Position numbers and translations under genes: made by a program | Assembly: GCA_013239625.1 (NCBI GenBank) | Contig: MU053365.1 | Span: forward strand, 1,770,115 to 1,834,114 | Direction: 5' to 3' | Length of the DNA stretch: 64,000 nt | Source: Lama guanicoe | Lineage: Eukaryota | Notes under the pieces: generated by a model | What the model was told of the DNA's origin: nothing | Seen by the model: the letters and a program-made list of their open reading frames with translations, nothing else | The model's database searches: none | Shown here: positions 50,966 to 64,000 of the stretch, one piece after another | Position numbering within the stretch: the first letter of the stretch is position 1 | Layout: the number at the start of each line of letters is the position of its first letter

Positions 50966-53900
50966 TAGTCCATGTAGCATTTAATAAAATGATTAGATAT
51001 TAATTTAGAATCATTGGTAGATAAACAATAGCAGATATATAATTGTTGATTCTGTTTATCTCTGTATCTAACTCTCTACATACAATTTTTTATATCTAAC
51101 TCTTTATAAACAGATAAACTTTTTTTTAAATATTGGAAGTATGCGTTTATATCATTTTAATATATCTTTCATATACCTCCTGGGCCATTAAATAATTCTC
51201 AGTAGTTTGTGCAATAGTAAATGAATAGTGTCTCTTCAAATGAATATGAGATAATGTATTTAATCAAGCCCGTATTTGAGGAAACTTTTTGTCATCTCAA
51301 AACTATTTTAGTATAAAATAATGTTGTGATGGACTGCCCATACTTATTTTTTGTTAAATAGCACTTTAACTAGTCTATGAATTTAAATAAGTACAAGTAA
51401 TTTTCCAGGTCAACTAAACACAGGTTTTTAAGTCTTTTGATAAATATTTTAATAAAAAATCTGGCCTACTTGGTACTGTATGTCCAAGTTTGAAATGCTT
51501 CTACTGATCAAAATACCCAGTGAATCTCAAAAGAAAATTGGTACAAGATATAATTAATATCAAAAAACAAGTTAAAATCTCTATAAAGCAGAAATCAAAC
51601 ATAAATACAAAGCGATAAAGAGGTAAGGCTAAGAATCTTGTGAAATCCGGGAACGGCGACAAACAAAGGCAGCCAGGAATTCAAATCCCAAGAGAGAGCA
51701 AAGACTAATAGTGCAGAGAACATGTGCTAGGACGAATGCCTTAAACCAAAAGTGTGGGCAGGAGTCAGCCATCCATGAAAGGATACCAAGAAAAAGCTGC
51801 AAAGTCAGACCAGGGCTAGGGTTTATCTGATGGCGCTGAAATAGGAAGCATAGCTTACAGCTAGGATCTTGGCTAAGCTGCCCACTGGCTTAGAGACTGC
51901 ATCTGTGCTAAGAAATCAATATATAATAGCGTGTTCTTTTGTGCTTCTGTTCTCGGGGATAAAGTGGAGGCAATATCAAATCCATTTGTCAAGGAGATTT
52001 GAGCATATGAAAAATGAAAAAAAAAAGCTCTATTCAATAAGTTGGCAAACCATTTTATGAACACATGGGGAAAATTAACATTAGAAATGCAAATAAAGTG
52101 AAAAAAATAGGAGATGCATTCACTTCAGAAGAAATGGAACTTATAAATAAATATGATTTTTACTTAAATGTGAGTAGAATTTTCAAGGAGATAAGTGAAG
52201 AAATTTCATGCATGAAAAGAAGACTGGGGTAAAAAGAGGCACTAATTGAAATAGGAAGAGGTGGATATGAAAAAATACATAAATTCTAGAAATTAAATGA
52301 ATTTTTATCAAAAAATTTTAAAAAATGAATATATAAGATAAGACACAACAAAGAGTTCAAGTGAAAAGAAATTATTGAGGTTTTTTTTTTAACCAATATT
52401 TAAAAGATTTTTAGAACAATTTAAGATTTACAGAAAATTGCAAGCTTAGTACTGAGTTCCCTTACATAGTGCAGAGAGATCTCATATTCAGTTTCCACTA
52501 TTTTTAGCAACTAATATTTTTGTAGTACTTTTGTTACAATAAATGAAGCAACAGTGATACATTGTTGTTAACTAAAGTCCATTCTTTATTCAGATTTCCA
52601 TCATTTTTACCTAATGTCCTTTTTCTATGCCAAGATCTCATCCAGAATATTACATATTAAATTAGTCATGATGTCTCCGTAGGCTTATCATGGCTGTAAA
52701 GTCTTCTCAGACTTTCCTTGTTTTTGAACAACCTTGAAAATGAGCCACTTGGGTCAGATATTTTGTAGCATGGGTGTAGAATTTGAGTGATGTTTTTCTT
52801 AGGTTTAGAATGGAATAATATTCTTTTGAGAGGAAGACCACAGAGTTAAAGTACTGTTTTCATCACATGTAGCAAGAGCATATACTATTAACATAATTTA
52901 TCATTATTGATATTAACTGATCAACTGGTTGACAAAACTGATAAACTGGCTGAGGTTTTCCCAATGGAAAGTATGCTAATTTTTTCCTTCATCCAATACT
53001 GTACCCTATTGAAAGAAATCACTACATGTAGGCAAAACTTAATCAGTAGGAAATTATGCTCCATCAACTTGATTAAGGAAACACTATATAAATTACTTGG
53101 AATTCTTCTGTAGAGAGATTTTTCTCTTCTCTCTCATTTATGTGTTTATTCAATATTTTACTTATAACAGTATGGACTCAATATTTTATAATTTGGGTTG
53201 TAATACAGTGTAATCATTTTATTGTTCAAATCGCTTCACCTTTACCATTGGGAGCTCTTTTAGTCCACACTTGTGTCCCTTTGAAATACCTCTATCAATG
53301 TAAGGTTGGGTTTTATGTTTGTTTGTTAGCACTTGCATCTTTCTGGTATTACAAGATGCTCCAGGATTATACTGTATATTTCCTGATCCCTTACTAGAAT
53401 CAGCCATTTTCCTAAGGAGCCCTGGTTTCTTTTGATGGAGAATGGTATTAGAAACCAAGATGTGATTATTAGGTTTGCTCTTTGATAGCGGTGTCATGCT
53501 TCTAGGTGCCCTTAGCTGATAGAAGAAGGAAATATGTATGTGTATACTAATTATATGTATAGATAGATATAGATATAAATATTTATATATAACATCTATA
53601 TTAAGCTAAATATGAGTTCATACTAATGTCACTATCTCTAATATATTACCTTGAGTCTTAAGAAGATAAGCCTTCTCCCTTACTTATCTGTAAACACCCA
53701 CTATAACATTGAAAAACCTTCCTCCCACCATCCCCCATGTATTTATCTAATTGGTCAATTCCAGTGTACATGTAGAGTGAATTTCAGAATTGTTAGCCTG
53801 TACTTTCATGAGAAATAATCTTATCAGCTAAAGTATAGTACTTATGTTTGATTAATTTTGCCTTTATTCTTAAGGATTGCACTCATTTTCAAAGTTACTT

Positions 53901-54349
53901 AGCTCAGCACCTTTCCCCCACCCCATTCCCTTCAGTGAGATTGTTTCATGTATTTATAATAGAGTTAGATGCTTTTTATCAAGTTGGCAATCTGTCCTGG
54001 GATACCCTACCTCCCCAAAGATTCTTTTCTAATGTGCATACAATGAAGTTTATTTTTTTGTGTTGTAAAGTCCTATGGCTTTTCAAAATCTGGCATACTG
54101 CCAAATATTCACTCTTACAGTATCATACAGAATAGCTTCACTGCCCTCTAATATCCCTTGTGCATCACCTTTTCAACACTCTCCTGTTCTCCTTGAACTC
54201 CTGGCAACGCTGATTGCTTTCCATCTCCATGCTTGCATTTTCCAGAATGTCACTGGAATCATACACTATGTAGCTTTTTCAGACTGGCTTTTTTCACTTA
54301 AAAATATGTTTAACTTTCCTCCATGACTTTGCATAGCTAGATATTATTC

Positions 54350-54844
54350 ATTCTTTTCCAGTTTTATTGAGATATAGTTGACATATAACATTTTGTTAGT
54401 TTAGGTATACAACATAATGCTTTGATACATGTATGTACTGTGAAATGACTCAATCTAGTTAACATGTATCACCTTTTAGTTACAACTTCTTTTCTTATAA
54501 GAACTTTTAAGCTTTACTCTTAGCAACTTTCAAATATCCAATACAATATTGAGTGTATGTCACCATGCTGTACACTAAATCCCCAGAACTTATTTATAAG
54601 CATAAATATGTACCTTTTGACCACCTTCACCTAGTTCTCCCACCCCTAACCCCACCTCTGACAACCACAAATCTGTTCTCTGCTTCTTTGAGCTCAGGTT
54701 TTTCATAGATTCCTCATATAAGTGAGCTCATACAGTATTTGTCTTTATCTGTCTGACTTCGGTCACTTAGCATAATGACCTCAAGATCCACCCATGTTGT
54801 TACAAATAGCAGGCTTTCTTTCTTTTTATGGCTGATAATATTCC

Positions 54845-54875
<31 letters not shown>

Positions 54876-55063
54876 CTGTGTGTGTGTGTGTGTGTGTGCA
54901 TGTGCTGTATAACCCAAATTTTCTCAGTCCATTCATCAATGGATACTTAGGTTTTTTTCCATCTCTTAGCTATTGTGAATAATGCTGCAATGAAAATGGA
55001 GGTACATATCTTTTTGAGATAGTGATTTCATTTCATTTGAATATATACCCAGAAGTGGAATTG
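54350..55063 (-). mobile_element. Nested L1MA-type 3' end containing a (TG)n tract at 54847-54898
   Basis: The minus-strand ORF 54714-54917 (TTWVDLEVIMLS..SQTDKDKYCM) is the ORF2 C-terminus. Confidence 0.88.
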
Positions 55064-55419
55064 GAGAGCTCATTCATTTGCCATTGAATAATATTTGATT
55101 CTATGGATGTTCTACAATTTATTTATCCATTCACCTTTTGAAGGATATTTTAGTTGTTACCAAGTTTTGGCAATTATGAATAAAGCTACTATGATAAGTG
55201 TCCATGTGCAGGTTTTGTGTTAGTCTAATTCTTTAAATCAATTGAATATATACTTAGGAGTATGATTGCTGATAAGACTGTTTGGATTTGTAAGAAAATA
55301 ACAAACTATCTTTCCAAAGTTGCCATACCATTTACCATTCCCATCAACAATGAATGGGAGGTCTTCTTACTCCGCTTTTTTACCAACATTTGGTATTTTT
55401 TGGATTTTAGCCATTCTTT

Positions 55420-56445
55420 TCATTCTAAATTTGATATATAATTGACAAATAAAATTTGTATATATTTAAGATGTACAATTTGATGTTTTGATATACATAC
55501 ACTGTGAAATAATCACAACACTCAAGCTAATGAATGTATCAATCACCTCATATATTTACCATTTTACTTGTGTGTGGTGAGAACACTTAAGATTAACCTC
55601 TTAGCAAATTATACAGTGTTGATAACTCTAGTCACATTGCTGTGCATTAGATCTACAGAATGTACTCATTTTGTATTATAAACTCTTTTACACGTTGACC
55701 AGCATCCCCCCTTTCCCCCTTCCCCATCCAGCTACTGGCAACCACCATTCTATTCTCTGCTTCTGAGTTTGATTATTTTAGATTCCACATATAAGTAAGA
55801 TCACGTAATATTTGTCTTTTTGTGTCTGGCTTACTTAACTTGCCGTAATGTTCTCTAGGTTTATCCATGTTGTCACAAATGACAGGATTTCCTTCTTTTT
55901 CTATTGTTGAATAATACTCCATTCTCTTCATTTTCTCTCTCTCTTTCTCTCTTTGTGTGTGTGTATCTATATCTATTTCTATGACCACATCACATAATTT
56001 CTTTATGTATCCATTGGTTGACAGACACTTAGAGTGCTTGCATATCTTGGCCATAGTGAGTAATACTTCCATGAACATGGGAGTGCAGATATCTCTTTGA
56101 GAAATACTGATTTATTTTCCTTTGAGTATATACCCAGAAATGAGACTGTTGGACCATATGGTATTTCTACTTTTAATTTTTTTGAGGAACTTACATACTG
56201 TTTTCCATAGGGGCTGTGCCAATTTATATTCCCATCAATAGTTTACAAGAGTTTCCATTTCTCTACATCATCAACAACACTTGTCATCTCTTGTATTTTT
56301 GATAATAGTTATCCCAACAGGTATGAGGTGATACCTCTTTGTGTTTTTCATTTGCATTCCTCTGATGATTAGTGATGTTGAGCACCTTTTCATGTACCTA
56401 TTGGCCATTCATATGTATTCTTTGAAAAACAATTCTATTTAGGTC
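55420..56445 (-). mobile_element. Nested L1MA-type 3' end
   Basis: gatatataattgacaaataaaatttgtatatatttaag...atgattagtgatgttgagcacctt. Confidence 0.88.
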
Positions 56446-57089
56446 TTTGTCCATTTTAAAATCAAGTTATTCTGAATACAAATCCTTTCACAGGTATGTG
56501 TTTTGCAAATATTTTCTCCCAGTCTGTGACTTGTCTTCCTGTTCTATTAACAGAGTCTTTTACAGAGAAATTTTTAATTTTAGTAAATTCCAGATTATCA
56601 ATTTTTCTTTCTTTGTATTTTTTCTGTTATGTTGAAAAACACTTATCCAAATCCAAGACCACCTAGATTTTCTCTTTGTTTTCTAGTAGAAGTTTTATAT
56701 TTTTGCATTTTACATTTAAATCCATGACCTATTTTGAAGTAATTTTTGTGAAAGTTGTAAGTTCTTTGTCTAGATTTACTTTTATGCATGTGAATGCTCA
56801 GTTGCTCCATCACAATTTGTTGAAAAAACCATCCTTTTTCCATTGAATTGTCTTAGTTCCTTTGTCAAAGATCAATTGACTGTATTTGTATGAGTTTACT
56901 TTTAGGCTCTCTGTTCTGTTCCTTTGGCCTTTATGTCTGCACTTTCACTAATATCACAGTGCTCTGATTTATGCTAAGATGTAATCTGCTAATGAGAGTG
57001 CTCGAACTTTATTCCTCTGAAGTTGTCCTTAAGTACTGTGATGGCATTGTAAGTCTCAATTGTAAAAAAAAAAAATTTAGTTGTTAAAA

Positions 57090-57345
57090 GACAAATGAAA
57101 TAATATGGTATTTAAGGGCATAGTTTTTATAATCAAACAGATCTGATTTTAAGACTTGTCTGTGTCAATTTTTAGTTTTGTGACTTTGGTCATTTTACCT
57201 CTGTGACTCCATATCCTAGTGGTGATCTTTAAAATTCATTATATTACCAAACTCATGGGTGGTTATAAAAAAATCAATTATAAAATGCACACGAAGCATA
57301 GTGATTATCATATACTGAGTATTTAATAAATCTTATTGTTATAGA
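57090..57345 (+). mobile_element. MIR
   Basis: aatcaaacagatctgatttt...tgtgactttggtcattttacctctgtg...ctcatgggtggttata. Confidence 0.65.
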
Positions 57346-58849
57346 ATACTGTGATTTAATTATTAGGATAATACATTTACAATAAGTTGTTGTGGTAGAA
57401 CAGAGGGTTGAGATTATTTTCTACAATAAAATACAATTTTAAGTGATTCAGATACAACTAGAACCTAGGAGAACCAACTTATTGACCAGAAGCCATCAAA
57501 GAACTGCCAAAAGGTGGCACTCAAGCCAAACTCCAGGAAGAAAGCCTTCCTTAGACTCTGACATTGGTTTCAAAATTAAGTACAAAGTAATTTTTCCATT
57601 AAATTAATTGTGAAATGTATTTTAATAGAAGGACTTGCACACTGCCAGCATGTTTGAATTTGGCTACAAAGATACTAACAATAATCTTCAAGACTAAAAA
57701 TCTTCATTAATAATAAATGAGAAATCCCAAACTCACAGGTTCTTACATATTATTACTGCCATATAAATACATATAATTTGATAGAGAATCAGATTCAGGA
57801 AATAGTTTCCTGGATTTACATGATTTCTATTTTATCTATCAAATAAAAACAACAGCTTGTCTTTACTCAAGTACTTGGTGTTTGTTTAGTAAAGGCTAAT
57901 AGATAATCATCCAAAATAATTGCTAAACTTGGTAGATGACTCAGAAGAAAATAAAAATTTACTCATTGTAGTAATACCAAAGTGTGTCACTTTTGGTAAG
58001 TTAGAAACTATAAATGAGTCCTTTGGGGATGTTTCCTCAATATATAGTCAAGCCCTATGCCTACATTTGATTTTATATAGAGCATGAAATATTTGAACAG
58101 GTTATAGAAATTTAATGGGGATATCTGCATTTCAGTAGATAATATCAAATGTGTGTCCTCTTTAAAAAGTATCCTATGATTTCTTAGTACTCTTACATAA
58201 ATCTCATGTTTAACTTACAAATATTTGTCAAGTTTGGCTTTTAAAAAATATACTTTGCTAAAACTGGGGAAATCTTCTACTTTATCCTTTATATAGTAAC
58301 ATTTTTATACTTTTAAGTATTTTATACCTTTTAAAAACACATGCTGTAGTTGCTTCATGTTGGTGACTTTATTATACTTTTCATTTAAACTCCATATTCA
58401 TCACATATTTTAATGATTGTTCTGTATATTATGTATTATATAGTCAGATATTATAGTTATTGTATTCTGTTTCCCTTATAAATATCATATAATCTTAGTT
58501 TTATAGGTAAAATTTAATGATCACCAACAATTCATAAGCTGAAATCTCTCCAATAGTTTGGAATTTGCATGAATTTCTCTAGTTTATTTTCAAGAAAGGC
58601 TCCAGGGAAATTCCCAAGATGAGACTCGATATCATGGAAATCCAAGAAATTATCAAGGAATATTGGTGTTCTCTTAAAAGGATTTAGGAGTAAACTTAAA
58701 TAAGCCCCCACTGCTCAAATATAGTACAATTTAAGCAACAATAAGTGATAACTATGATTTATAGAAACACATAAATATGCTTAAATCTATGACTTTAAAA
58801 TTATATTCAAAAAGCCCACTGTTGGTCACCTTTAGAAGATGCTGGGTGT

Positions 58850-60950
58850 TTTAGTTGGCTTGGTGTATCTTTGTCTATCCTTCAACGTTAAAGCAATGAA
58901 TACAATTATATTTAAAGTTTAAATAAAATGTAGTTGAGTCATTTTTTAAAAATCTATTCTGCTAATCTTTCCCTTTTAATTGACATATTTAGACTATTTA
59001 TATTTATTGCTATCATCGGTGAATGAAGGCTTAAGACTGCCATCTTTATTTGTTTTGTGTTTGATTACTCAGTTTTGTATTCATCTGTTTCATAACTCAC
59101 CGTTTCCTCTGCGTCACTTGAACATATTTTAGAACTCCATTTTGGCTTATATTTTGAGGGTTTCTTTTTAGTTTATTTCTTTATATAGAATATTTAGTGG
59201 TTTCTGCAAATATTACATTATACATATGTAGCATACTGGTCTGCTAGTGTGAGCATTTTACAAGTCTGGGGAAAGTGTAGACAACTTACCTCCATTTAAT
59301 TCTCTTAATTCTCTGCATTAGAACATACTTTTCTTAAATGTGTTTCTCTACATATGCTGAGAACTGTACTAGATAGTGTAGAACTTTTTATTCAATCTCT
59401 AACATAATTCAGAAAGCTCAAGAGAAGGAAAGTAGATTGTATATACTCATTTTATTTCCATTGTTCTTTCTTTTGTCCTGATAATCCAAGATTCCTTCTA
59501 TTTCATTTCATTTTTGTGTGAAGAACTTCCTTTAGCCATTTATCTGGTATTTATCCTCTCCTTCTATGGCACCAATGACATAGATGACAGCTCTATTTTT
59601 ATTGTCCCACAGGTATCTGTGGCTCTGTCCAGTATTTGTTCAGTCTATTTTCTCCTTGATATTCAGGTTTGTAAATCTTATTGATCTATCTTTAAGTTCG
59701 TTGATCTGTTGTGTAATCTACTATTGAGCCCTCCCAGTATGTCTTTTTATTTTGATTATTATATATTTCATGTTTCAAATTTTTACTTGGTTCTGTTTTT
59801 TTTTTTTAACTTGGCTCTGTTTTATAACTTCTATTTCTTCGATAAAATTTTGTTTTCACTTGTTGCAAAATAATTCATAATAGATTTCTTAAGCACTTTT
59901 ATCGTTGTGGAGTCAAAATTCTTGTCAGTTAATTGCAGTATCTGATTCATCTTGGTGTTGGCATCTGTTGATTGTGTTTTCTCATTCAAGTTGTGATTTT
60001 CCTAGTTTAGGGTATGATGAGAGATTTTTGCTTATATCCTGGACATTTTGGGGATGATGTTAGGAAACTCTGGATCCTATTTAAATCTTCTATTTTAGCA
60101 GGCAGTCACCCAGTTTAGGTTTGGCACATGGGTCCTGGCCTACTTTTATGGGCTGTGGTTCAAATGACATTTAGTTTTTAGAGCCTTGCAGTGCTATTCT
60201 TGTGTGCTTCATTTTTATGCTACATGGAGGCCACTCTGAAAACTTGGGTGGTATTCCAAACTTTATTTCAGTTCTGAAAATTTTGACATGCTTATTCTGA
60301 AGTTTTAAGTGTGAATTGGTCAGGGGTCCCCCTAGTATTTTCCTAGAGTTTTAAAGAATTCTTTTTTCTAGCTCTTTTCTCTCTAAGGTTTCCCCCTTGT
60401 TGGTAAGCAGGTGAGGGATACTTGCCTTCCATTCCCTCATATGAAGGTGAAGAGTGACAAAATGCAGACCTTCTTGCTCACTTTTTGTTGTTGTCACTAG
60501 CAATGGAAAAAGTATTTCTCTGGGCTGACACTTGCAGCGATTAGGGGTCAAGGTCCAGATTCCCTACTCAGTCTCCACAGATACCGTGGTGGGAAATGAA
60601 AACCTCTCCCTGGGCCATCTGCTAACACTTGGTCCCTGACAACATGATAACATCACAGGAGGAAAGTGCCTTTCTGAGTTACCTGCTGTTATTGTGTTAG
60701 GGGCAGAAGATGACACTCCCCATTAGGTCTCCATTGACACCAGCAGTGAGACAGGAAAACATCTCCCTGGACTCACTGCTGCCACCAAGTTTGAGAGGTG
60801 GGGAGCACAGGAGACCAGACTCCATCCATGGTCAGTCTTCCACTGACAATGCTGGAATGGGGGGAATTTGTTCATAGTGTTTTGCTGGGGTAGTGTGGGC
60901 ATTAAAAAAAGGTTTTCATCCTGCTGAATTGTGCCTTTCCAAGTCCTTTG
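58850..60950 (-). mobile_element. Old L1 (L1MD/ME-type) 5' region remnant
   Basis: ttttaaaaatctattctgctaatc...atttagactatttatattt...tcatcttggtgttggcatctgttgattg. Confidence 0.7.
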
Positions 60951-61320
60951 GCTCCAAATTGTACCTTAAATTTGGACATATGCCTTAGCCACTGAGTTTG
61001 TCTTCATGTTTACTAAGAACATGATTTGTATATGATTCACCAGATTTTAGGAAAACAAATAAAATAATTATTTAATAAATGTGAACATTCCATTGGTTGC
61101 CACTCTGTGGCCCAACTCTACAAAACTGACTGTTGATTCCAAATTCTAGTTAATTCTGTCTGCCTCTGAGTCCTGACACTGCCTTTGAACATAGCCTATA
61201 TGCCCACCCTGCCTTCCCACACAAGTAAACCACCCTACCAAGTCTCAAGTACAGAAACATCTGTATTAGCATTCTGCCTTGGCCCAAATATTTTATCCTC
61301 CTGTCTGGCTTCCATCACCC

Positions 61321-61323
<3 letters not shown>

Positions 61324-61362
<39 letters not shown>
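61324..61362. repeat. Pure (GT)n microsatellite
   Basis: Directly visible. Confidence 0.97.
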
Positions 61363-61367
<5 letters not shown>

Positions 61368-61972
61368 AAGTTCTCTGATGGGAAGGGAGAGAAGGAAGGG
61401 AAGAGGCAGGTGTGTGAGAAAGCAGGTAAGTGGAGCCCTGTAAGGCTGGGGTCCAGACCAGTGAGTCCACTGTTAGCCAGATATTGGGAGATAAGTATGG
61501 GATGAGGACTGTGCTGAAGATTAATTTCTTCCTTAACACTATCCCACTGGCAAGAAGGAAAAAATAATGGAGTTTCTGCACGTGTTTGGGGTGGAGGGTG
61601 ATGTTAGGGTCTAAATATTGTGATATGTTTTGGTAATATGTATGTAAGGTTCAAATGACCACATTTTAATACTTTAATAAACATGTATTCTACAAGGAAG
61701 TTAATTTGGAGGGTTCCCTGTTGTACAAGTGGCCTGAGACACAGGCTGATTTAGCTATCCCTGTGCCTTTATAAAGTTGAGTCCTTAATGGTTTGGAATT
61801 GTTAAAGCTTGGTTCTAGCACACATCCAGTCTGAAATCCCTGTGGTAGCATATAATATACATAACCCCCGAGTTTAAAGAGTAGATTCTGAATAAACAAG
61901 AACAACACAGCGATTTGAAAGAAAAAGAGAAAACTTGGGGTTAGTTTAATTTCATCATTCTATGTGATGTGA

Positions 61973-63018
61973 TTTTTTTTTAAATTGAGGTATAATTGAT
62001 TCACAACATTATGTTAGTTTCAGGTTTACAGCAGAGTGATTATTTTGGCAGATTATATTCCTATATCATAGGTTATTACAAGATAATAGATATAATTCTC
62101 TGTGCTATACAGTATATCTTTATCTATTTTATATATAGTGGTTTGTATCTCTTAATCCCATACCCCTAATTTCCCCCCACTTCCCTCTCCCCTTTGGTAG
62201 CCACAAGTTTGTTTTCTTTATCTGAGTCTGTTTCTGTTTTGTATATACATTCATTTGTATTATTTTTTGGATTCCACATATAAGTGATATCATACAGTAT
62301 TTGTCTTTCTCTGACTTATTTTACTACGGATGATAATCTCTAGGTGTGTCCATGTTGCCACAAATGGCAGAATTTCATTCTTTTATATGGCTGAGTAATA
62401 TTTCACTGTATATATGCACATCATCTTCTTAATGCAATTATCTGTTGATGGGCACATGGGATGCCTCCAGGTCTTGGCTATTGTAAATAGTGTTGCTGTG
62501 AACATTGAGGTGCATGTATCTTTTTGAATGAGTGTTTTCATTTTTGTAGATATATGCCCAGGAATGGAGTTGCTGGATCATATGGTAGTTCTATTTTTAG
62601 TTTTTTAAGGGCCCTCCATACTGTTTTCCATAGTGGCTACACCAATTACATTCCCACAGTGTACAAGGGTTCCCTTTTTTCCACATTCTCTCCAAAATTT
62701 CTTATTTGTAGGCTTTTCGGTGATAGCCATTCTGACAGGTGTGAGGTGATATCTCATTATGGTTTTGATCTGCAGTTCTCTTTTAATTCGTGATGTTGAA
62801 TATTTTTTGTGTGCCTGTTAGCTATCTGTATGTCTTCTTTGGAAAAAATGTCTGTGCAGGTCTTCTGCCCACTTTTTTATTGGGTTGTTTTTTGATATTG
62901 AGTTGTATGAGCTCTTTGCATATTTTGGATATGAACCCTTCTTTGATTGCATCATTTGCAAATATCTTCTCATAGGTTGTATTTTCATTTGCCAGTGGCT
63001 TGTTTCCTTTGATGTGTG
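61973..63018 (-). mobile_element. L1 3' UTR and ORF2 C-terminal part (artiodactyl type)
   Basis: The minus-strand ORFs 62818-63034 (EKIFANDAIKEG; NNPIKKWAEDLHRHF). Poly-T at the left end. Confidence 0.92.
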
Positions 63019-63024
63019 ATGTGT

Positions 63025-63382
63025 AAGCAAGCAAAGAAGTATTTAATAAGAGACATTTCTACGGAAACAAAATAAAAACAAAGGTTGATGTTTGGAGCAA
63101 ATTATAAACCAGTTTCTGAGCTTAGTGGGCAGCTAGTCAGGATTTGTAGATGTCAGGGTGAAAGCATTGTTTGCAGTTTTAAATGTTTCTGATGATGTCA
63201 CTGGGTATTCAGGCAAACCTTCTGAGTGGCTTACACAGCAAGATACATGAAGGTTATCTAAACATGGGCTATTGTGGGGATTCCTCTTAAGTTTATATCA
63301 AATTGTTCAGCTACAGTTTGCAGGGCTTCAGGGAAAGGGCAGCTTGAGTTCTCAATGATTCTAAGTCAAAAGTGGGAAAAAA
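63025..63382 (-). mobile_element. ERV1 (MER4-group-like) internal fragment without LTRs
   Basis: cagtttgcagggcttcagggaaagggcagcttgagttctcaatgattctaagtcaaaagtgggaaaaa resembles recalled antisense MER4-group internal sequence. Confidence 0.6.
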
Positions 63383-64000
63383 ATCAGGCCTGTAATTTTC
63401 TTTTTTTTTGTAGTGTCTTTGTCTGGTATTAGTATCATAGTAATGCTGACCAAATAGAATGATTTTGGAAGTATTTCTGCCTCTTCAAAGTTTTGGAATA
63501 TTTTGAGAAGGTAAGTATTAACTCTTCTTTAAATATTTGTTAGAGTTCCCCTGTGAAGCTTTCTGGTCCTGGACTTTCTGTTGTTGGGAATTTTAAAATT
63601 ACTGATTCAATTTCATTAGTAGTAATCCACCTGTTCATATTTTCTCTTACTTCCTGATTCATCCTTGGAAGATTGTATGTTTCTAGGAACTTTTCCATTT
63701 TTTCGTAGGTTGTCCAACTTGTTGGCATGTAACTATAACATTCTCCTATGATTATGTTTTGGTGATCAGTTGTATATTCCTTTTCATTTCTAGTTTTATT
63801 TATTTGGGCCCTCTCTCTTTTTTATCTTAGTGAGTCTGGCCAAAGATTTATATATTTTGTGTGTCTTTTCAAAAAATAACAGCTCTCAGTTTTATTGATC
63901 TTTGCTATCGTATTTTTGATCTCTTTCATTTATTTCCACTGTGATCTTTATTATTATTTCCTTCCTTCTACTAACTTTGGGCTTTGCTTGTTCTTTTTAT
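63383..64000 (-). mobile_element. L1 ORF2 (RT-upstream region), continues beyond the window
   Basis: The minus-strand ORF 63540-63728 (MEKFLETYNLPRMNQE...SPGPESFTGE). Confidence 0.93.

Larger units (their letters stand above)
52385..57000 (-). mobile_element. L1MC-type 3' UTR/ORF2, interrupted by two L1MA-type inserts
   Basis: tttttagaacaatttaagatttacagaaaattg...; 53390-53520 is the reverse-complement homolog of 24660-24790. ORF2 resumes at 56445. Confidence 0.82.

Noticed and set aside
1..64000. CRISPR array, operon or prokaryote-type system
   Set aside because: The sequence is mammalian repeat-rich DNA with no regularly spaced repeats and no long intact ORFs.

Overview
AT-rich, repeat-saturated placental-mammal DNA with no protein-coding gene I can recognise. 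It is probably camelid. This is inference from the youngest L1 3' ends and from seeing no Alu, B1/B2, Bov-tA, Can-SINE or PRE-1 SINEs. Most of the window is nested LINE-1 of several ages, plus L2/MIR, MaLR/ERVL/ERV1 LTRs and Tigger-family DNA transposons, including a full-length decayed Tigger2-type element at 34792-38050. There is an assembly gap at 30973-31210. Nearly all ORFs in the supplied track are L1 or Tigger remnants, microsatellite read-throughs or chance. The most notable items are: (1) a tailless retrocopy of the 5' half of tRNA-Ser(GCT) with a perfect target-site duplication, whose only mismatch is at C32, the m3C-modified base; (2) a near-perfect 50-bp-arm palindrome inside an L1; (3) an unidentified ~460-bp coding-like insert replacing part of an L2; (4) an LTR-less ERV internal fragment inside an L1; (5) CpG retention at the left edge. 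Repeat family names come from recalled consensus sequences, not a database search. Boundaries of old elements are approximate. I found no convincing novel multi-gene system.
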